Below the pieces are notes generated by a model. It saw only the letters and a program-made list of their open reading frames with translations. It was not told the origin of the DNA and ran no database searches. A DNA stretch of 64,000 bases from Phoronis australis (lineage: Eukaryota; Animalia; Phoronida): contig NMRA01000131.1 in assembly GCA_002633005.1 (NCBI GenBank), positions 297,798 to 361,797 on the forward strand, in the 5' to 3' direction. This document shows, piece by piece, positions 23,813 through 36,259 of the stretch. Position 1 is the first letter of the stretch. Every line of letters begins with the position of its first letter. The position numbers and the translations under genes were made by a program.

Positions 23813-24954
23813 CGCACAGGCGCTTGGGTTTATCTGTTCCTCGATCGCAAATGACGTCACTCAATAATATATATATATATAAGAAAACATAAAGGTTGGA
23901 CACTTAAGCTTTGCCAAGCTGAGGCTCCCAACTTCAACCGCCCAAAATCAAAATAAAATCTGCGTGCACCTCCCTCAGTCTGGTGTTGCATAAACCTTCG
24001 AAGCCTTATCTTTCCTAGATCCCATTAACTGTCTTCGTGAGTGGTGAATTGGCGATGGAATTTCCAAAACAATCTCAAAACTCTGAATTCAAGGACCTGA
24101 AATAGTAAACATGGCGGATTTCAGTTGTGCTTCAACTTGTACGCCTGTCGTAGTTGAAACTTCGAGTTTGAGCAAGCAACCTATATTTCAAATTCATTAA
24201 TTCTAATCCAAAACTCAACTAATTGAGAATGTTAAGTTAGTGTTTTAATGATTATTTGTAACTTTATTCCACTGACGGCTCATTTTAGCCCTTAACTTAG
24301 AATTTTATTACATAAACTGGCGTATCTTGTTTCTCATCTTGACATCACACACTTTTTTGATTGAAGCACAACATACACTCGGCCAGGAAACGCAGTCCGT
24401 GCAAGTATTACAATGCGCGTGGCCGACGAGTTAACTCAATGGTTTTGGCCAAAAGTAAAACCTTCATAAGAAATCACAGTACACAAAAACTTTGCATATC
24501 AATACAGTATCAGGATAATTTATATTTGACACAAATATGTGAGTAATTACATTTATTTGGCAATAAAGTGCTCTCTGCTTCTCATGATCAAGTAGTCGAG
24601 GGATTGACGATGAAAGACGCGCGAAATTAGACTTTCGGATTTAGCTCGGGAGCGTCCGTCAAAAACCCGGATGTGCGAAGACCGTCTGCCATGACATCAC
24701 GGAATCACTTCCTTGAATTTGTGATTTTGGCATTCTTTGTCCCCAAATCACCACTCGAAGGCAATTTGAAGAGATCGAATGAAAGAAAGTATTCTAAGAG
24801 TTGTCCGATGCTAGTTTCGTAGAGTTCCATGCACATTTGAGAGGAAAATTCTGAGCAAACATATTTCGAGTGTCCAACCTTTATGTTTTCTTATATGTAT
24901 TATTGAGTGACTTCGTTTGCGATCGAGGAACAGATAAACCCAAGCGCCTGTGGT
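23813..24954. mobile_element. Non-autonomous TTAA-flanked DNA transposon with ~90-bp TIRs
   Basis: 23813-23904 is a near-perfect reverse complement of 24868-24954 (CACAGGCGCTTGGGTTTATCTGTTCCTCGATCGCAAA...); TTAA on both sides. Confidence 0.75.
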
Positions 24955-25260
24955 TTAACGGCAGTCTGTCTGCCTCCGACATCTTCTTTGTTTGTCGTGT
25001 GCCGCTTGACTTTGCGCAATGGGGCGGAGCTCGATGGGTCAATTACTTACTATTCAATCTAGACAACTATGACATGCACTTTAAAGGCTACTCACCTGAT
25101 TGTAGCACTCATGATGGACTAGTTACCTGCATCAGAAAAGACTTCTGTGTATAGAAAGGTATTTCATACAATTTTAAAACTTTGAGTGCTCACTTGCTCA
25201 TATCAAAATACACAACATACACCTGTATACACTAATAGAAGCTAATAGGCCGTGGTAGAC

Positions 25261-25660
25261 TCATAGTAAAGTAAAGTAAGTTAAGACTGTAACCACGGCT
25301 AGAATGAACATCATTGGACAATGTGAGATATTTCGACCGGCAAAGTGCCGTCTTGACCAAGGCTCTCGGGGTGCCGTTGTTGCCGTCTGGACGAGTCTAT
25401 GCTCGTTTTTAAGAGGTGGTTGTAAAACCGGGGAAGTTGGTATCGTCCACCATCTCTGTTCAGGTTGAACTCCTGTCTGTATATGGACTCTTGTTACTCC
25501 TCTCTCTAACCAACTGGAGTGAGAATCTAAAATTCTCACGTTATCCCAGTCAATAACATGGCCGGTATCTAGAGAATACGACACAACCGGTGACTTAGTG
25601 CAACTAGGTTGTCTATTTTCTGCGTAGACGGGTTCCTAGGTGGCAAATGGATTCCCTGAT
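25261..25660 (-). mobile_element. Penelope-like element 3' fragment (GIY-YIG C-terminus)
   Basis: TGHVIDWDNVRILDSHSSWLERGV, then frameshifted LNRDGG, typical of PLE endonuclease ends. Confidence 0.7.
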
Positions 25661-25669
25661 GAGGCAGTA

Positions 25670-25772
25670 TATAGATAATTAGATAGATAGATAGGTAGGT
25701 AGGTAGGTAGGTAGGTGGGTGGGTAGATAGGTAGGTAGGTAGATAGGTAGATAGGTAGGTAGGTAGATAGAT
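25670..25772. repeat. (AGAT)n/(AGGT)n tetranucleotide microsatellite
   Basis: Directly visible. Confidence 0.95.
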
Positions 25773-26389
25773 AAGTTTATTAAGCCATTCATAATACAAA
25801 TAGCAATGCATCAACGCAAGTCGTTCCTACTTGCTAAGCGCAACTTCAAGTGGCAAGAGTGGGACTTGTAGTAGTCGAAGGTATACAACTAATCTAAGGT
25901 TTTTGTAAGTCATTGATTACTTTAGCAACATCAAAACAAGACAAGGAGACTTTCAAAAGCCTAAGGAGCCGCTGTTAGTCAAAATAAACTAAGTTTTCGT
26001 TTCAACAATTTATCACACCACATGAGCGAAACATCAACCCGTGTTGAGTATCAACAAAATGATTATATATCTATGTAAAATGTGTACGCGTACAGGGGTC
26101 ATATATCTAGGGATTGCCATATAAACTACCGATACAATAATGAAAGACACTAAAGTGAGGTATAGATTAAGACTGACTGATATAACCTCAACTGTATTTT
26201 GTTTGGCACAACAAAGGAAAACAAACGAATGAATACGTTATGCATTATATTATACTATAATAAAAACCACATTACAAAGTAAAAAAGAACTGAAAATAAA
26301 GAATAAAAAAGGCTAGGAAGGCATCACTATATGATTGAAATTCATTACACAGTGCAGGGAAACAAGAACTAGGGATGATAGGTAAGACA

Positions 26390-28595
26390 CATCTCTCTAA
26401 TACTTTTAAACTTTTAAAGCTTTAGCAATGCTGAGATGCACAGATTCTGCAGTTTGATATTGAGCAATTTTCTGAACAGTTTTGTAACAGGTGAGTTTTT
26501 GCGGCTGAGGAGAAGGCGTGATTGGAGTAGGTAAATGTCTTTTCAATTATGTGGAATAATATAACAATAAATAAATTCTGGGAGAAATTTTCGGAGGCTC
26601 TTGGCTCTAGTGAGTAGTATTGGTAATCATGGGTTGAACTGTGGAAGTGTTACACAAAAATCGGCGTATCTTGAGGGGACATTTCTTTGTCATTTGGATG
26701 AATCAAAATTGATATCATGAAAACATGAGTAAAATGGTGTAAGAACTCATTACAAGACTTATAGAAAAACTCTAGACAGGAAATATGAAAAATGTCGTTC
26801 AAGGAAAGAATATTCAATTATCGAAATACCGGTCAGTATGAACTAGGAAGTATGATGAGGTGATATTTCGAACAGCACGTTTCTCTAATACTTGTATTCG
26901 ACGGCAGTTGTGGAAACCCCAGCATGTTACAGCATAAGTAAGGGGTGATAAAATGAGAGCTTTATGAATCAAAAGATACACATGTTGAGGAAACGTTCAT
27001 TTTAACTTGTGCAGTACATCACGTATTTTAGCAGTCTTGTTTGCTATCTCTTGTATATGTTTGTTCCAAGATAGGTGTCTGTCTAGATGTAATCCCAAAA
27101 ACTTGAATGTTTCGACATTATGTATATCAAGTGAAGTGCATAGATGTAGGTCATTTACATATACCAGAAAAAGTAAGGGTCCCAGTATGGAACTTTGCGG
27201 AACACGAGTTGGCAGATTCTTTTTTGTCAACTGAACAGATACGAATTATATTCTATTTGATAAATAACTTATGAACTACTGGATTTCATTTCTGCGAATA
27301 CCGTAGTATTTTAATTTCCGTAGAAGAATTGTGTGATCAATGGTGTCAAATACCTTTGAGAGACCGATAAATGTTGTCAAAGGATTTTGACCTCTGACTA
27401 GAAAAGTATGTATTTTGTCAATAAGTTCAAGAGCAGCAAGCTCAATAGAAAAATTCGCGAAAACCACATTGATGCTTGTAGAGAATTATAGCTTTATTTA
27501 GAAACGTATTTAACTGCTCATGCACAATTTTATCAAATAATTAGAAATGGACGGTAGAATGGACATTGGACGATATCTGGATAGAACAGAGTCATCAAGA
27601 TCATTTCCTTTGAAGACTGGAATAACTAAATTTTAAGTTGATAAGGAAAGACTCCTTGCTTAAGCGATTCATTGATAAGAAAAGTAAGTGCAGGTGAAAG
27701 TTCGGCGGTACAAACTTTTATGAGTGCATTTGATATAATGCAGTGTGTTTTAAATAATTGATTGAACTGTCTACTTTGTGTTCATCAGTGTGTAAAAAAT
27801 TGAACATATGAGGCGATGGCGTGTTTAAAAATTCAATGATAGACGTATCAGTCCGTAGCATATGTGAAGCACATTTTGGCCAAATGTTAATTAAGAAGTC
27901 GTCAAATTCATTAGCAATGCCAGTTTACTTAGGAGTGTGCAACCTGTTTGAGATTTAATAATGGAAGGTGCTTTAATACCAGAGTTACTAAGAACAGACT
28001 AAATAATCTGCCACGTCTTCCTTATGACGTTTTTAAATTTGGTATATTCGTTATGATAGTACATATGTTTAGCAGATGTTATTGTGATTTTTAATAATGT
28101 GCGGTATAATTAAAATTATTCCATATTGCGCCAAAGTTGTGACTGTGTTTAGGTGAGGAGGTAAGTTGTCTATATACGATTTGTCTTAAAATTATATTGA
28201 ATTCAGAATGCCACTTGTTATCCATGCATTTAGTTTATGTTGGTATTTGTTGATTTCTTTGGTTTTGGAGGGGAAGTGTTTGTTCATTAAATCAGTTTTA
28301 TCGTAATCTATTTTGCCCGGGGTACGCCACGAGCTATGTTGCAGAGTAAAACAAGAGGAAGATTGCGAATAATGTCATTTATTATGACGCAAATAGAAAG
28401 AACTAAATAAGACTCTGCAAGATGAGCATGGAAAAACGCCATGATGGCAGTATGGGAATACTGACATCGCCAATCAGTTAAAGTTTGAGAGAAAATGTTG
28501 TAATTTGTGTTAACGTCGTTACCCTCATTGAGTATGGCTTGGTCATTTATTAAGTTAAGTTCTTCTTTGAGATCATGTATTGACCGTTCATTCAT
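26390..28595 (-). mobile_element. Decayed LINE (L2/Crack/CR1-group) reverse transcriptase
   Basis: GLSKVFDTIDHTILLRKLKYYGIR, RVPQSSILGPLLFLVYVNDL, FKFLGLHLDRHLSWNKHI; many stops and frameshifts. Confidence 0.8.
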
Positions 28596-30110
28596 TGGAG
28601 TATTGAACGAGTCAATACAAACTGATGCAGTATGCAGATGATACGGTAATCTTTAGATGGCTCGAAGCAGTCTCTGCGGAAAACACTTCACATTTTAAAC
28701 CATTTGGCAAAATATTATGGTCTAAAGCCTAATCTGGAAAAAACAATTTGTATTTGGATAGGTTCTATGAAGGGTAGCTATCAAAAAATGTGCTGTGACG
28801 TAGAACTGAAATAGGCAACATTAGAATTCACTTTACTGGGTATTCAATTCTCCAGTGATTGAAATAAAATTCCCGACATTAATTTTAACAGCAAGCTTGG
28901 TGAAATAGAGAAGGCTATAGACATGTGGGAAAAAACTTGACACTTTTTGGAAGAATAACAGTTGTGAAATCGATAATTATGCAAAAACTCATTCATCTTT
29001 TTACAAGTCTCCCGTCCCCTTCACAGGCCTTCCTGGAGCAGCTGAACAAAATGTTCTACTGTTTTATATGGACAGGTGAAACGCAAAAAATATGTCGTAA
29101 GATTATGGCTCAAGAGTACAATGTTGGTAGAGCTAGAATGATTGACGTCAGTTCTTTTATGAAAGCCATTAAATTAACTAGGTTTCGTAGACTACTTTGT
29201 CAAAGTACTACAAGTCCATGGGCAGTTTTAGCAAATGGTCTGTTATCAAGAGGATTTCTGTTTTACAAAGATGTCCCAAATGACTTCTAATATATTTTGG
29301 AAAGAGGTCTTTCAATGTGTCCATGAGTTCAGATTGTTAGTTCCTGAAAACGATGGTATTCATCACCTCTATGGTTTAATTCGAATATACTGATAGATAA
29401 CAAGCCTGTTTTCTATTAAAGGTGGTATCAAAAAGACATAACTCATGTACACAACTTACTTCAAGTAACTCTATTTTACGGTCTACGAAACTCATTATAT
29501 GCTAACTGGAGTCATCTTAAAGAGGGAAAGCATCAAGTAATTTTACCGCGTCGTCCACGATACATTGAAGGAGTAGATAAAATTTACCACGCTATTGTCT
29601 CTCAGAAGTTGTGCAAAAACAAAGTGTCCAATGAAATGGAGTAAATAATTAAATCTCCCTGATACTGCAGAAAGGTGGTACATTGTTTTTTTACATATAT
29701 TCATTCACCGAAGATGTTTCTCTGAGATGGTTACAGTTTAGGCTGGTTCATAGAATTATAAGCTGTAACGAATTTTTTATACAAAGATTGGCGTAATTGA
29801 TAGCTCACTGTGCACTATTTGCTTAAATGAAATTGAATCTATTGTCCTTGTGTACTGGTCTTGTAACATTACTCAGCAGTTTTGGACTAATGTAAATAAT
29901 AGGTTCGAAGATGTTGTTGGACATAATTTAGAACTGTCTATACAATCAGTTTTGTTTGGTATTCAGGTGGAAGCAGTTTTACAAAGTATGGTTCTTTGCT
30001 TCGGCAAGTACCGCATTTATAAACAAAGATTAAAGTGCAAATATCCCTGCCTTGCAATGTTTAAAAAGGAAGTTGCATTGTACATCTCCACTGAACGGGA
30101 ATAACGGGCA
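28596..30110 (+). mobile_element. Decayed L1/Tx1-clade LINE, RT C-terminal half and cysteine-rich domain
   Basis: LMQYADDT, GLKPNLEKTICIWIGS, LTLFGRITVVKSIIMQKL, LRWLQFRLVHRI, SLCTICLNEIESIVLVYWSC. Confidence 0.85.
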
Positions 30111-30155
30111 TCAAACTAGTTATCAAAATACGGGCACGTCATCAGACTATTGCCT

Positions 30156-30179
30156 GTATATGTTTATATATGTATATAT

Positions 30180-30211
<32 letters not shown>

Positions 30212-30324
30212 GTGTATGTGTATATATATATATATATGTATATATATGTATATACATACATACATACGTACATACATACATACATACATACATGCGTACA
30301 TACATATGTGTGTGTGTGTGTGTG
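30156..30324. repeat. Compound (TA)n/(TACA)n/(TG)n microsatellite
   Basis: Directly visible. Confidence 0.95.
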
Positions 30325-30786
30325 GGTGTCACCATAGAATACAAACCATTTCTCAATATTCACAGACGAAAACAAATGAAAATAAATGAGCTGAAGTGAG
30401 AACAATGGCCGAATAAACAAATGTTCAGCTGGGCTGTTCAAAGAAAGTAAGTTTAAGTGTCCATCTTTATATTATTAGGATTTTTCTGTACAATTAAAAT
30501 CATCAACTGAATACAAATAAAACGTCGCAAACAACCCATTGTTTATATTGTAATTGAGATGTACCCCGTCTGCATGTATTTCAATGGAGTATCTGGTATT
30601 CAATGAATAATCCGCCCGTTTGTTGACTTTAGAATACATGCAAATTCTACACTGAGCTCGACGAACATTCTATTGCTACACCGGTAATTCAGAAAAAATA
30701 ATACATTTGTTTATCAAATCAGTGATTAAAATATGTCTTCACGTGAAATGGAAGTTGGTGACATTAACATATTTATATACATTTAC

Positions 30787-30833
30787 CTGAACTCCTACAG
30801 AGTCCCAACTGAACTCCTACAGAGTCCCAACTG
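30787..30833. repeat. Perfect 22-bp tandem duplication in the presumed Nav 3' UTR
   Basis: CTGAACTCCTACAGAGTCCCAA x2 plus CTG. Confidence 0.9.
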
Positions 30834-31099
30834 CATACACTGTAATGTAATAGCAAAATAACAATGCTTTGAACTCATGGTTTTGAATGCATCAATTTTC
30901 TTCCATGATCATATTACTGAAATCTTGTGTATTTTGAGCCGAATTTAAAGCTTCAAAACAACGAATTAAAAAACTCAAAAGATTGATTTTAAAGCATCAA
31001 TATTACACATTTCATCAATAACCTACTTACTTTAAAACAGAAAATATCAAAATCTAAAGGCCACTGGCACTGCACAAAACCAAGGTGTTATAGTCCCAA

Positions 31100-32136
31100 C
31101 TAGGCAACTACACCGCTCTCTGGATGTAATTCAATTGTCCTCGACTCCGTCTCACTGGGGGAAGACTCACACTCCACTCTCACTTCTATAGACACTCTCC
31201 CATCACACTGAGAAGGATTCACAACCCTCCTCCGTGATACGAATTGTCTCCAAGCTCTCTGGATTATTCTAGCATTCCATATATGACGCTGTCTCTCCTT
31301 TAGAGAGCTAATGATCACATAATCCTCTCCGCGGTGCATGGACTCTACCTGATTAATACCCATGGACGAAACATCAACAGTTCCAAGAATTTTCTTCGTT
31401 AGTGCGTCCAGAATGTCTTTGCAATGAAGCTTGTCTCCTTCGCATATCGGTATATCCATGTTCACTAACGTTATCCAATTGGGTAAACACACTTGAAGTG
31501 GCTCTTCCAAACTGTCCACGAAGCTGCAAAGTTCATTCACTTGAATGTAATGTGTGGCTAATGGGTCATACTTTTCCCATTTCTCATAATAAACATCGAA
31601 GTCGTCTTGCGTAAGACCCTGCTTATAGTCCTCAGTTGCTTGACTAAAGTTCTCTAAGATCACTGCGATGTACATGTTGATGATCACCAGAAACGTAATT
31701 AGCAGATACGAGACAAGGTAAAATATAGCCAATCCTGGGGTTCCACAGTTTTCATCTTTAGCGCATTCTTCGGGCTGTGTCAGAGCCGCAAGCACGTTAT
31801 TCCATCCGGCCGAGGTGGATACCATGAACAGTGTTATCATGCTGCGGAAAAAGGTCTGGAAATTGAGAGTCTTGTCGAAGTTGACCGAAGGCATGGGTTT
31901 AACGTGCATAAAGAATGACATGCCGAACGTGGCGTAGATGAACATCACGAGGCAAAGCAACAAGGCGATGTTGAACAGGGCCGGGATAGACACAATCAGG
32001 GAAAAGAGAAGAGTCCTTATGCCCTTGGCGGACTTGATCAGTCGCAAAACTCGGCCTACTCGAAACACCCGAACGACACGCAGCATGGTTGGGGAGATTG
32101 GGAGATACTTCGACAGGATGTCCTTTAAGGCAGACG
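31100..32136 (-). CDS. Nav1: Nav1 alpha subunit, last exon (DIV S4-S6, EF-hand-like region, IQ motif)
   Basis: SPTMLRVVRVFRVGRVLRLIKSAKGIRTLLF, STSAGWNN, INMYIAVILENF, ARIIQRAWR; tttacag acceptor in phase 1; stop TAG. Confidence 0.97.
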
Positions 32137-33242
32137 CTGTAAATTATAAATCATCGGTGACTTTCACAGAGACATTGTACACAAAACGGTCAATTAACTT
32201 GTTTTTCTCTAACTACTTAAAATTGTTTAGGATAGCGTAGTAGACACTTTGAAAAAAACATTTTCTGTAAGCGAAAGCTATTCCAACTATTCAAAGGCAC
32301 GTCAAAAACGGTATCTGCAATCAAAAAGTTTGAATTCTTTGAAATAACGTGAAAATAATGCGTTGCTTTCCGTGGATTTCCGAAAGAACTCCAGGAAGGA
32401 CTTTCAATGAACGATGCCGACAAGAGCAGATCGGGTCCATTAACACTAGCTAGAAACAATTCTATGGCCGTGTCTCTAAATTCCACCCACTATCCTCAAA
32501 ACCTCAGTCTCTGACCAAACAAACCCGCCTTAAATTTCCAAAACCCGCGCAACTGAACTTCACACACGTGTCGGACTCAAAGTAGTAATGAGAAATCTGG
32601 TCCTGTAATGTAAGGAGCATTTCCCGCGTGTCTGGGTATTTGTACCATGAGTTGGATAGGACAACAAAGCCAGTTGTAAATGGACCCGCATTGGTCCAGT
32701 CGGTTTTGGTCACTTCGACCCTGCCTCCAAAAATAGCCCTAAAAGTTTTTAATGAAAGAAGTGCTAACACTGCTTTGAAAACTTCTGCTACAGCCTGCAA
32801 CAACCCCATTAGCCATTTAAAATTCATTATAAGAACTTTTAACTTTAATACATCTTTACTACTCTACGATATGTTTGGCGACGCTCTTGTTGTTAAGTGA
32901 GCAATTTGCAATACTTCAGATGAATAATTGTGAAAACCTTTCCTTCATGTACTAGACATGCAATGCGATCCCAAATTGTAAAAAATGAAAAATACACGCT
33001 GAACTCAAGTTTTGTAGGTTTGCGAAGTCTCTGTGCCATCATAATTAATATTTAACCTGTAGAAAAGGCTAAATTCGGGCTGTTCAAAACTGATTTCAAG
33101 CTCACACTAAGCAAATGTTTAGTGCCACCTACACCTGTAAGGTAGCTAGGCAATTTGCAGAACGCTCGTGGTTTTGTGTAATCGTGCCATGCTATCAAGG
33201 AACACGTCCCAGCACTGACTGGGCTAAAATCAAATTTCGTAC

Positions 33243-33513
33243 TTATTATTGAGATTACGACAACGACGAAATCGAACACATTCCACGGTTGGACGAAGTA
33301 GTGCCATCGCAAAGCGAAGATCTTCAATGCACTTTCCAAGGCGAAGATTGTTACAAAGACGTAGTTTGTGTACTCGAGGATTTTACTAAGCTTGGCAGGC
33401 TGTTGCGCATGGTCAATGCACATGGTGACCACATTGAGCATGATGCAGACCATGATGAAGACATCAAACTTTTGACTCGTCACAAAGTCAAACACCAGTG
33501 CTTGAAGTCGTAA
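33243..33513 (-). CDS. Nav1: Nav1 exon (DIV S1-S3), 271 nt
   Basis: LRLQALVFDFVTSQKFD...PWNVFDFVVVVISII; AG/GT boundaries, phases consistent. Confidence 0.95.
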
Positions 33514-34641
33514 CTAAAATAAAGAGCTATGAGATAGAGGTGTAAAATCAGCTTTTTTACATTATCAATTATCTTTACTGGTCACACAGCTTAAAACTTG
33601 GCATTACGTACAGGATATTTCTGACAACAAGACTCGGAATCAGCATTTTACCTTCAAGTACCCGTGTTCATACCGTAGCAAAACAGAAAGGTACATCCAT
33701 GGCAAAGCAATTGCATTGACCTGTATTTGACCTCACTTTTGTCAATGTAAGCTCCAATCCCCCTTTTGAAAGTGAAGGCCTGTGACATGGCTCTGATTTG
33801 TGAATCGTATGGAAATCATACACTCAGTCGTTCTTGGGAACTGATTTTCAATCAGTTGTTAGTGGCAATATCTTTTAACTCCCAGTCGTATTTTACTTAT
33901 CATATTTAGCCATTTTCTTACGCCATTTGTTCCTGTGTCATAACAATGGCTGCAATGACATTTTCACAACTCGACAGGAATTCGAGAGGTGTGTTGCCAT
34001 GGGGCAACTTCATAAACAACCAACAACATCTGAGCTCTGTGGGTGTGATGTGGGCTATGAGGACCACTGGCACTGAAACGGAGCATCGCATTGAACCCCG
34101 TGTGACAAAAAGATGCTTTAGTTTATCATTCTGTAACCTTTCGTTAACGTATGCATCATAGTCCTAGGCCCATTCGTACAAAATTGCTAAAACGTGATGG
34201 TTTCGCTAGACAGTCAGTTTTCACGGAGACAGATTTTTAAACGAAACTGTCTTGGGAGTTGACCACACCACCTAAGAGTACAGTTAAGCTCATAGACAGG
34301 AATTGGCCCATGACCCGGTATAAGCATAGCAGTCCCGTTCATCATGTTCTTGCGGACCGTGCAAGCCGTTGGGCTAAAGACTCTAACATTTGAGACCGTT
34401 GGGTCGATTTTCATCAAATCGTATGCTTGTAGTTTTGCACATATTCCAGTAATGTCAATTCCGGAGTATTTTGTAGTTAAAATAAAAACCACCTAATTCC
34501 TGTTGATATTTCTTTTATTTTTCCCATTTGGAAGTATTTTGCATTTGATATACCAAGGTCCCATACCCGCCAATGACCATGCAGGTTTTTTTCAGAATCA
34601 CCTTCCACACAATAATATTTATGGCACACCCCCGAACTCAC

Positions 34642-34752
34642 GTTAGGACGAGGAATGGCTTTTTGCGGGGCTCCTTGTTCCATCTTTTTCATGGCGGCAT
34701 AATATTTTTTCTGATCTTCAGTCATGAAGAGCTCCAAAGATCCAGATCCTGC
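34642..34752 (-). CDS. Nav1: Nav1 exon (DIII-DIV inactivation linker)
   Basis: [33 protein letters not shown]; donor gtgagt; starts at 34752 with an AC acceptor or 34748 with an AG acceptor. Confidence 0.92.
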
Positions 34753-35110
34753 GTATATATATGACAGAGCAATGAGGCCATTAGTCGTCACTTGTGTCAG
34801 AAAAAATCGAAAGACATTTCCATGGTCAGTGTAATTTTGAAAAATGATAGTACATGTAATGGTACTAAACTGCTTTTCAAGTCTGCTAAACGGGCAAGCG
34901 TGACCTACACTTTAGGCGATTTTCCCGAGAACTGTAGGGAAAAGTTATCGACCAAGAACCGTAATATCCATTCTGTAACACTCAAGTGATAGAGACACCA
35001 CGTGTGCATCACTGGCAAGGGATTGGTTAAAATCACGTACACTAGCTCAAGTATGATTTTGAAGCAGATCACATGCAGGGTGAAAGAATGGATAGTTATA
35101 AAATACTTAT

Positions 35111-35248
35111 CTTGTTCTTTTGAGCGTTGAAGTTTTCTATGATGACGCCTATGAAGAGGTTCAGTGTGAAAAACGAGCCTAAGATGATGAAGACCACAAA
35201 ATAAACGAGATATCCCATACTGTTCTCCTTAATAGGTTGGTAGTCAAC
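35111..35248 (-). CDS. Nav1: Nav1 exon (DIII S6), 138 nt
   Basis: [46 protein letters not shown]; donor ATAAGT (or GT 4 nt later). Confidence 0.93.
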
Positions 35249-35535
35249 CTACAATATACGATAATACAATCATGTGTAAGTGCTGTTTCTTAGATTTGCA
35301 TAACTTTATCATGCAAATTTGTATAACCACTAACTTCATGGTTTTCGAGTAAAGAATTTCTGTCGCAAGACATATCTCAAGACAATACTAATTGGCGTTG
35401 AATGCGAGTTAGCAGCTCCATTCTGATACTAGACAGCTAATTGTCTGTCAAGAAAACACGTGATAATAATAATAACTAGACCTGCTAGAGCACAATTTAG
35501 AATTGTTGTTTCGAGAGAGCTTTTCAAAGTAATAC

Positions 35536-35589
35536 CTTTGTAGAATCTGTAGCATCTGCCATAATTTCTACCCAACCTTTAAAAGTTGC
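35536..35589 (-). CDS. Nav1: Nav1 exon (DIII selectivity filter), 54 nt
   Basis: ATFKGWVEIMADATDSTK, flanked by ccag and gtatt. Confidence 0.95.
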
Positions 35590-35998
35590 CTGGAAGTTAA
35601 AGTATAATCACGTGTGAAGTAAGTATTCCGTAAGACAACAGTAGTGTACCAAAGGTACCTATTGGGGAACCACCGTTCTAGAAACATCGGAACTATTTAA
35701 GGGCACAATAGGAAAGTGTTTTAGGTAGCTGACAGGTGCGTTTATGACTTTGGAAGCACCAACTGTGCAACAGCAAACACACACGTTTGAATAAATTTAA
35801 AATAAAAGAGTTACTATCCTTTGGGCCATTAACCAAAACGTTACATAAATGGCCGCAATGTCCTGTTTAAAGCCGTGTACGAACTATATCTGTCGGCGAA
35901 ACATGAATCATACGTTCCGTAGAGTTTGCGTTCAATAATAGATCGTTAGTTGAGAAAGCATTTCTGTCTCCGAGTACTACCCACACCCGGCGACATAC

Positions 35999-36259
35999 CA
36001 CTTGAAAGAGAGACAAGTACGCCTGCCCAACGTGGTCGAAATTCAGCTCAGAGTTGACCCACTTGTAACTTCCGATGCAGTTGTTTCTATGGGCTACGAT
36101 GGTGTAGTTAACCAGTACTCCGTGTTCGTCGACACATTTGTGAAATTTCCCTTTGAAGAACTGGACACCCATAATGGCGAAGATCAACCACAAAACGACA
36201 ATAACTAACAACACGTTCACGATGGAGCCAATGGCTTGGATCAGCGCGTTCACCACCAC
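35999..36259 (-). CDS. Nav1: Nav1 exon (DIII S5 and turret)
   Basis: VVVNALIQAIGSIVNVLLV..WLIFAIMGVQFFKGKF..NFDHVGQAYLSLFQV. Confidence 0.95.

Noticed and set aside
30052-30441. YI/HT/VC-rich ORFs (also 25569-25814 and 51099-51543)
   Set aside because: Translations of microsatellites.
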